A stretch of DNA of 64,000 nt. Source: Thermoplasmatales archaeon (GTDB lineage: Archaea > Thermoplasmatota > Thermoplasmata > Thermoplasmatales > Thermoplasmataceae). Shown piece by piece: positions 58,149-64,000 of this stretch. The translations under genes were made by a program, and so were the position numbers. The notes beneath the pieces are model-generated. The model was not told where the DNA came from and did no database searches. It saw only the letters and a list, made by a program, of their open reading frames with translations. Numbering within the stretch: position 1 is the first letter of the stretch; each line of letters opens with the position of its first letter. The stretch lies in assembly GCA_027310185.1 (NCBI GenBank), contig DAIDBH010000019.1, positions 1-64,000 of the forward strand, given 5' to 3'.

Positions 58149-59438
58149 TTATGGTCTCAGTCTTCTTATTGTTCTGGGATAGGCTATAGCCCCTGTAATC
58201 TTGTCCAGATGCATTATCCACATGGCAAGTCTGTCCATTCCCAGCCCAAATCCAGAGTGAGGAACACTGCCATATTTCCTTAGATCCAGGTACCAGTAGT
58301 AATCCTCCTCCACGAGTCCATTATCATCTATTCTTTTCTTCAGCAGGTCATAGTCCCATATTCTCTCGCCTCCTCCAAGTATCTCACCATATCCTTCGGG
58401 GGCAAGAAGATCGTGACACAATATCTCATCTGGTTTTGCAGGATTTGGTTGGTGGTAAAATGTTTTTAGTGATGCAGGAAAATCGGTGACAAATATGGGC
58501 GTCTTGAAGTTTGACATTATCTGCCTCTCCTCATCTGCTCCTAGATCATCCCCATATTTCAGTGGCATTCCAAGGGATTCTGACATTTCTATAAGTTGCC
58601 TGTAAGGAATCCTTCTGAAAGGTTTCAAGCTTTCCTTAAGCGTATCTATGTCTCTTCCAAGTATTTTTAATTCCTCACTGTTTTCATCAAGAGTTTTCTT
58701 CACAATATAATGAAGCATCTTCTCTTCAATTTCCATCATCTGCTGATTGTTTACCCAGGCAACCTCTCCTTCTGCATGCCAGTATTCAGTTAGATGTCTC
58801 CAGGTCCTGCTCTTTTCTGCCCTGAAACTGGGGGTTATGGTATAGACTTTTTCAAGGGAGAAAATAAACGTTTCCAGATAGAACTGTGAACTCTGTGTAA
58901 GATATGCCTTTTCTCCAAAGAATGGTACACTGAATAGTGTGGAACCGCCTTCGGTAGCAGTAGACACCATTATGGGCGGTTGAACTTCATAATATCCATC
59001 ATTATCATAGAATTCCCTGAAAGCCTTAAAGATGGTCGAACGGATCTTCAGGATCGCGTTAAATTCCCTGCTCCTGATCCAAAGATGCCGGTTATCAAGT
59101 TCAAACTCCTCAGAAATATCTTTAGACACAGGAAAATTGTCATTTCTCTGATATATGGTAAATGATTTAATATTCATTTCATAACCAGTTACTGCTCTTT
59201 CATCTTTCTTCAATTCTCCACTGAAACTTACACTGCTTTCTATAGTAAGGGAGGAAATTAGCTTGAAATCTGCTTCATTGAAATTTTCGGATTTAGCTAC
59301 ACACTGAATAATACTGGAAGCATCCCTCAGAATGACAAAAACCAATTTACCTGATGTTCTAATCCTATAGACCCATCCCCTTATATCGAATTCTTTACCG
59401 GTAGATGAATCATTCAGAATGGAGGATATCTGTTCCAT
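58149..59438 (-). CDS. asnS: Asparagine--tRNA ligase
   Basis: RGWV OB fold, [60 protein letters not shown]. Confidence 0.9.
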   Translation of the reverse strand: MEQISSILNDSSTGKEFDIRGWVYRIRTSGKLVFVILRDASSIIQCVAKSENFNEADFKLISSLTIESSVSFSGELKKDERAVTGYEMNIKSFTIYQRNDNFPVSKDISEEFELDNRHLWIRSREFNAILKIRSTIFKAFREFYDNDGYYEVQPPIMVSTATEGGSTLFSVPFFGEKAYLTQSSQFYLETFIFSLEKVYTITPSFRAEKSRTWRHLTEYWHAEGEVAWVNNQQMMEIEEKMLHYIVKKTLDENSEELKILGRDIDTLKESLKPFRRIPYRQLIEMSESLGMPLKYGDDLGADEERQIMSNFKTPIFVTDFPASLKTFYHQPNPAKPDEILCHDLLAPEGYGEILGGGERIWDYDLLKKRIDDNGLVEEDYYWYLDLRKYGSVPHSGFGLGMDRLAMWIMHLDKITGAIAYPRTIRRLRP

Positions 59439-59452
59439 GACACCGGATTAAT

Positions 59453-60046
59453 TCAGGCAATATATATTTGTTCGAAATGTTCCAGCAATTTAGGATTCAA
59501 TAAAATTGGGTAGGAAATCCCCTTGATGATTTCATCTCTCAAAATTCCGGTATTCTCTTCAATTAATGTTAGATTCCTAACTAAAACATTTTTCGATACT
59601 TCAAACTGTCCCATCTGCCATTTTACCTGTGAGACCAATAATCCTATTATTTCCTGAAGGATCATCTTATCCCATCCCTTAGACCTCTTCCAGTAGTGTT
59701 CCATTATCTCGTGCATTTCCCAGAAACGTTCATCCTTATTCATTGCGATGAATTTCTTAATTGAAAAAGTTCTGTAGAAATTGTCATCATCATAGACATC
59801 CGCATCAAACCTGAATTTTTCATTATCTGAGTTAGAAATATCATCATCAGGATTCAGATCGTAGAAGTCAAGTTCTTCTCCATATACCGTTCTTCTAGTT
59901 ATGTGCTTTAAACCCATTCTTTCAGGGGATTTGCCATAATATCCAATTATGAGCCGCATTTCAAAAGGCGTTTCCAAGGTTTCTGGACTTATAACGTTCA
60001 ACAAGTGTTCTTGGTATTCCCTTCTGGACAAGGGAATTCCAGTCAT
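59453..60046 (-). CDS. DUF309-domain-containing protein
   Basis: FWEMHEIMEHYW resembles the DUF309 FFEAHEVLEDxW motif. Confidence 0.7.
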   Translation of the reverse strand: MTGIPLSRREYQEHLLNVISPETLETPFEMRLIIGYYGKSPERMGLKHITRRTVYGEELDFYDLNPDDDISNSDNEKFRFDADVYDDDNFYRTFSIKKFIAMNKDERFWEMHEIMEHYWKRSKGWDKMILQEIIGLLVSQVKWQMGQFEVSKNVLVRNLTLIEENTGILRDEIIKGISYPILLNPKLLEHFEQIYIA

Positions 60047-60560
60047 CTATTATATTTCTATCAATTGCCATTGAAATCAATGACTCCGTTGGGATGTAAT
60101 ATGTGTGTGGTGCATAAGAGGTCCCAAGCAACCATGGTGGATAACTGAAGTATCCTCTGAATCTACCTGGAATAACAGGTAGAAGAATATCTGAAAGAAT
60201 GGAGGCGACCTTTTCGTTAAAATACCAGTATTTAATCTGTGTTTCACCAAATTTTATGCTAGGAACAAACATCTTCCATTTAAGGCCATACATGGAAATC
60301 TCTCCCTTGTAGATAGATGATCCACCAAACTCATCATAAATTGTCTGAGGGGGTTCCTCCTCTACGCCAGATTCAACGTTCACAATCCTTACTGGCGTTC
60401 CTTTGAACATACTGAGTCTCCTCTGGATAGAATTCTCTATCCATTCCCTCTCTTCCTCTGTTATTGTATTATCATTCCCTACCTGGTCTAGCAGATCTAT
60501 TAAATCTTCAACTGTTCCATTCAGGACAAGTTTTTGATAATACTCAGACTTTACTGCCAT
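59961..60560 (-). CDS. Hypothetical protein
   Basis: 199 aa ORF with ATG start at the head of the minus-strand run; no motif recognised. Confidence 0.7.
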   Translation of the reverse strand: MAVKSEYYQKLVLNGTVEDLIDLLDQVGNDNTITEEEREWIENSIQRRLSMFKGTPVRIVNVESGVEEEPPQTIYDEFGGSSIYKGEISMYGLKWKMFVPSIKFGETQIKYWYFNEKVASILSDILLPVIPGRFRGYFSYPPWLLGTSYAPHTYYIPTESLISMAIDRNIIDDWNSLVQKGIPRTLVERYKSRNLGNAF

Positions 60561-60744
60561 TTTGATGCCTTCAGCATATCAAGATAATCTAGATATATAA
60601 CACTTATGGGACAATCAGGAACATAATTATCGGGAAAATATGTGCATGGTATTCTTGAAATGAGATATAATCAGTCATGTCAGACAGCAATATCCATCAC
60701 TCTGAAATTGGAAAACTTTTATTATATTACAACTATGGGATGAT

Positions 60745-61701
60745 ATGGAATCCAGGGAGTTAATCTCAAAGTATATCCAGGACCTAAAGGACATAGGAGA
60801 CAGAATATTTATTGTAAACTCGTCATATTATAAATCCGGGAATTTCGAAAGCAAGGACGTCTTTAAGTTCACTCCCTTCGATCTTAATCAAATGGAATTA
60901 AATATTCCACTGTCCCCTCACGAAAATATGAAGGAACTACTTTCAGATATGGGTTATGATTTCCTTATTTCAGAAGGAGTTGAATTCCTGAAATTAAAAG
61001 ACTATGCAGAGGAAGAGCAGCAGGAGGAAACAAATATAGATATACCCATAGTAGACATAAACAATCTGGGAACAATAGAGGCGATAGATCTTGCTTACAA
61101 CCTTAAACTAAAGGAACGAACAAGAGAAGAGAAAGAGCCAATAGATGTTATTGATCTTTCTTATGAAGTAAAGAATGAACTTAAGTTCCCTGATGAATTC
61201 TTTAATGATTTCCCATCAAAACTCATGGAATCACCATATCTTAACACAATGAAGAACTGCACAAAATATGGCTTTATTCAGGGGTTCAGAGTATATTACA
61301 ATTTTTATCAGCTCTCAAGCAACTCAATAGTCCCAATCTCATCCTATCCTGCTGAAATAAAATTGAGTCAGAATATTAACATTGAAGGCCTGATGATGTC
61401 ACTGCAAAGCAAGTTCAAGAGTTTCTCAGAGACTGAAGAATTTGGAATATACAACACTTACAGAATGGTCAGGAATATAAAGAATAAATACCTGATGAGG
61501 AAGGGAAAACCATGTTCAATCTCAATATTCACCAAGCCAGAGCTTGAATGGGCAGAAAGTTCCGGCCTCTTTGAAATAAATGAGGATAAGTTACAACTTT
61601 CCGAAGGTGCCGTTCCAACAGATCTTTCTGATCTTATCAATGAATATGCCATTGGAGCGGAACGAATTGTTCAAAAGTGGAAAAGTATGAAATTATTTTA
61701 A
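60745..61701 (+). CDS. Hypothetical acidic protein
   Basis: 318 aa ORF; internal near-repeat IEAIDLAYNLK / IDVIDLSYEVK. Confidence 0.75.
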   Translation: MESRELISKYIQDLKDIGDRIFIVNSSYYKSGNFESKDVFKFTPFDLNQMELNIPLSPHENMKELLSDMGYDFLISEGVEFLKLKDYAEEEQQEETNIDIPIVDINNLGTIEAIDLAYNLKLKERTREEKEPIDVIDLSYEVKNELKFPDEFFNDFPSKLMESPYLNTMKNCTKYGFIQGFRVYYNFYQLSSNSIVPISSYPAEIKLSQNINIEGLMMSLQSKFKSFSETEEFGIYNTYRMVRNIKNKYLMRKGKPCSISIFTKPELEWAESSGLFEINEDKLQLSEGAVPTDLSDLINEYAIGAERIVQKWKSMKLF

Positions 61702-61704
61702 GAA

Positions 61705-62208
61705 TTAATCTTTCTTTGGCTCGTTTTCGTCGATTGTTTTACCGAAAACCTTTCCCACTTCCCTGTAGCCAATTTTCTGGTAGAAGTTCAGTGCAATAAG
61801 GTTCAATGCTGGAAACTCTGCTGTAACAACTCCTATCTTCCTTTTCCTCATTTCTGCATATAGGTGATCTAGTAGTAGATTTCCTACATTCTTCCTCCTC
61901 AGCTCAGGCATTATATAAAGATCTATGATCCTGACTTCATAGTTCGGTACATATGAAACTCTTTCCCTGACTTCTGCTTTTATAAGTCCGTAAATCTTAC
62001 TATTTGCCACGGCTACCAGGGCAATATTCTTTTTCTTATCCTTGATGCACTCCAGGTAATAGTTTTTGATTCCGGCATGGTTCTGTTCATTTGCGGTGAA
62101 GAGTGAATCAAATTCTCCATTCAATCTCTTCATCCTCAGTATGAGTTCCACAAATTGATCTATATCGCTTTCTTCTGCATTCCTTACTTCAATCTTCATT
62201 TCTTTCAT
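61705..62208 (-). CDS. GNAT-family acetyltransferase
   Basis: LYIMPELRRKNVG acetyl-CoA motif, NLIALNFYQKIGY. Confidence 0.9.
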   Translation of the reverse strand: MKEMKIEVRNAEESDIDQFVELILRMKRLNGEFDSLFTANEQNHAGIKNYYLECIKDKKKNIALVAVANSKIYGLIKAEVRERVSYVPNYEVRIIDLYIMPELRRKNVGNLLLDHLYAEMRKRKIGVVTAEFPALNLIALNFYQKIGYREVGKVFGKTIDENEPKKD

Positions 62209-63539
62209 TCATTCACCTCGGGTAATTTTTCCACTATATTCAATTTCATCAGTTTTTCAAAATTTTCCCTGTTGCGGGTAATTATTTCACTTGCGGTCTT
62301 ATAAAATCCCTCCTTGCTGTCTATCTTTCTCGCTAGCTTTTCCTCAACTGTTGCCCTGGCAACGGAAGAAGCTACCCTTGGATAGAGTTCCCAGTCCCCC
62401 ATGGTTGGAACAATGTGATCCGGGTCGGGATTCTTCACATAATCAGCAATCTCATAGGCTGCCTTCACCATTATTCTAAAATTCACTCCACGGGATCGAG
62501 CATCAAGAACGCCTCTAAATATTCCTGGAAACACAAGGCTGTTGTTTATCTGGTTTGGAAAGTCACTACGACCTGTTGCAACCACTTTTGCGCCAGCGGA
62601 TTTTGCATCGTCTGGCCATATCTCGGGGAGTGGATTTGCCAGGGCGAAAATTGCAGGATCCTTGTTCATTTTCCTAACCCATTCCTGCCTGATCAGACCA
62701 GGTTGAGATTTAGCTGCGGAAACCACAATATCGACCCCCTCCATGGATTCCTCTATATCACCTTTCCTTCTTTCCGCATTTGTTTTTAGCGCCAGTTCAT
62801 ATTTCCACGGATTTGATATCATAATTTTATCGAGATCGGCTCTCTCAGGTTCTAAAATACCCTTAGAGTCCACCATTATAATATTGCCGGGCTTGAATCC
62901 AGCTTCTATCATAAGATGAGCAGCAGCTATATTTGCTGCGCCGGATCCTATCAGTGAGACGGTTGTGTCTTCTATCTTCTTCCCTGCAATTCTTAGAGAG
63001 TTTATGAGACCTGCAAGGATAATACAGGCTGTACCCAGTTGATCATCATGCCATGCCGGAATGTTTAATTTTTCCTGTAATTCCTTCAGAACGAAGAAAC
63101 ACTTCGGGCTCTCGATATCCTCAAGATTATAGCCTCCAAAGGAAGGCTCCAGCGCCATTGCAACTTTTATAAATTCTTCTCCTGAGGAAACTCTCATGGG
63201 CAACGGTATGGCATTAACACCTCCAAATAAGTTAAAAATCATAGCTTTTCCTTCCATAACTGGCATGGCTGCTTCTGGTCCTACATTTCCAAGACCAAGC
63301 ACCCTTGTACCGTCTGTGATTATTCCAATTGAATTCCATCTTCCAGTCAGTTCAAATGACTCATCCGGATTTTTATTAATTACTCTTGAGACTTCCGCAA
63401 CACCAGGAGTGTACCAGTATGAAAAATCCTTAACTGAAGAAATAGGAACATTTGGGTAATTTCTTATTTTGCCCTTATAATATCTCGAGTATTCCACAGC
63501 TAATTTATTAAATTGCTGTGTTCTCTCTTCATTATTCAT
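62205..63539 (-). CDS. NAD(P)-dependent malic enzyme
   Basis: YTPGVA, TDGTRVLGLG, VMEGK, NLEDI, HDDQLGT, GSGAA, FALANP, ATGRSDFPNQINN. Confidence 0.95.
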   Translation of the reverse strand: MNNEERTQQFNKLAVEYSRYYKGKIRNYPNVPISSVKDFSYWYTPGVAEVSRVINKNPDESFELTGRWNSIGIITDGTRVLGLGNVGPEAAMPVMEGKAMIFNLFGGVNAIPLPMRVSSGEEFIKVAMALEPSFGGYNLEDIESPKCFFVLKELQEKLNIPAWHDDQLGTACIILAGLINSLRIAGKKIEDTTVSLIGSGAANIAAAHLMIEAGFKPGNIIMVDSKGILEPERADLDKIMISNPWKYELALKTNAERRKGDIEESMEGVDIVVSAAKSQPGLIRQEWVRKMNKDPAIFALANPLPEIWPDDAKSAGAKVVATGRSDFPNQINNSLVFPGIFRGVLDARSRGVNFRIMVKAAYEIADYVKNPDPDHIVPTMGDWELYPRVASSVARATVEEKLARKIDSKEGFYKTASEIITRNRENFEKLMKLNIVEKLPEVNE

Positions 63540-63587
63540 TCTATAGCATCGTAAAATTGTTTAAATAGGCTTCGAAATTATCAGATT

Positions 63588-64000
63588 ATGGAGAAAGTTA
63601 ACAATGTTAAGCTGGACTGGAACTTAATTCTATTATCTCAAAAGCGCTTGTTTCAGGATAAGTTCAGGGACATGAATGCGGATGAAGTTTATGCACCGGT
63701 TATAGACATGTTGAATAACAACAGGATACCTTCAAGAGTTATAGTATCCAATGGGAGAATATGTTCATATGGATATGTAATGCCACCACAGGGAATAGAT
63801 GATAGACTGATCTGCTCAATGGGATTTGTAAATAAGGATGAGTCATACATCAAAAAAGGAATTGATATATTAAGCTGGTTCTCAGAAATGGCGTCGAAGG
63901 AATCCAAACTTCTGATCATTGATGGCATTTTCAATGGTGAAGAATTCTTCAGTGAGCTGGAAAAACTAAACTTCACTCGGGCCTACAGGGTAAAATTGAT
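63588..64000 (+). CDS. Partial protein (N-terminus, runs off window end)
   Basis: Open frame from ATG 63588 (MEKVNNVKLDWNLILL...) with no stop before the end; divergent from malic enzyme. Confidence 0.7.
   Translation, partial: MEKVNNVKLDWNLILLSQKRLFQDKFRDMNADEVYAPVIDMLNNNRIPSRVIVSNGRICSYGYVMPPQGIDDRLICSMGFVNKDESYIKKGIDILSWFSEMASKESKLLIIDGIFNGEEFFSELEKLNFTRAYRVKL

Noticed and set aside
58149-59438. Alternative call as aspartyl-tRNA synthetase
   Set aside because: RHLTEYW and [11 protein letters not shown] / YGSVPHSG motifs fit AsnRS better

Overview
Gene-dense, AT-rich archaeal chromosome segment. The gene content (archaeal-type ProRS/TyrRS/AsnRS, RadB, FEN1, SMC-ScpA/ScpB, class III pilin, HemE/HemH, HppD/HmgA) fits a Thermoplasmatales-type acidophile; this taxonomic call is inference. 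The window opens with the 3' end of an ISL3-family element. It contains a candidate defence block (UvrD/PD-(D/E)XK helicase-nuclease next to a TerY-type vWA / PP2C / Ser-Thr kinase triad), a HerA/VirB4-like ATPase with a nuclease-like tail, a homogentisate (tyrosine catabolism) operon and many housekeeping genes. The most striking observation is a Cas4-like Fe-S nuclease apparently split into two adjacent genes, each carrying its own transmembrane helix, lying directly downstream of smc-scpA in the same apparent operon. No CRISPR array, rRNA or tRNA was recognised. All calls come from reading motifs by eye; no database searches were run.
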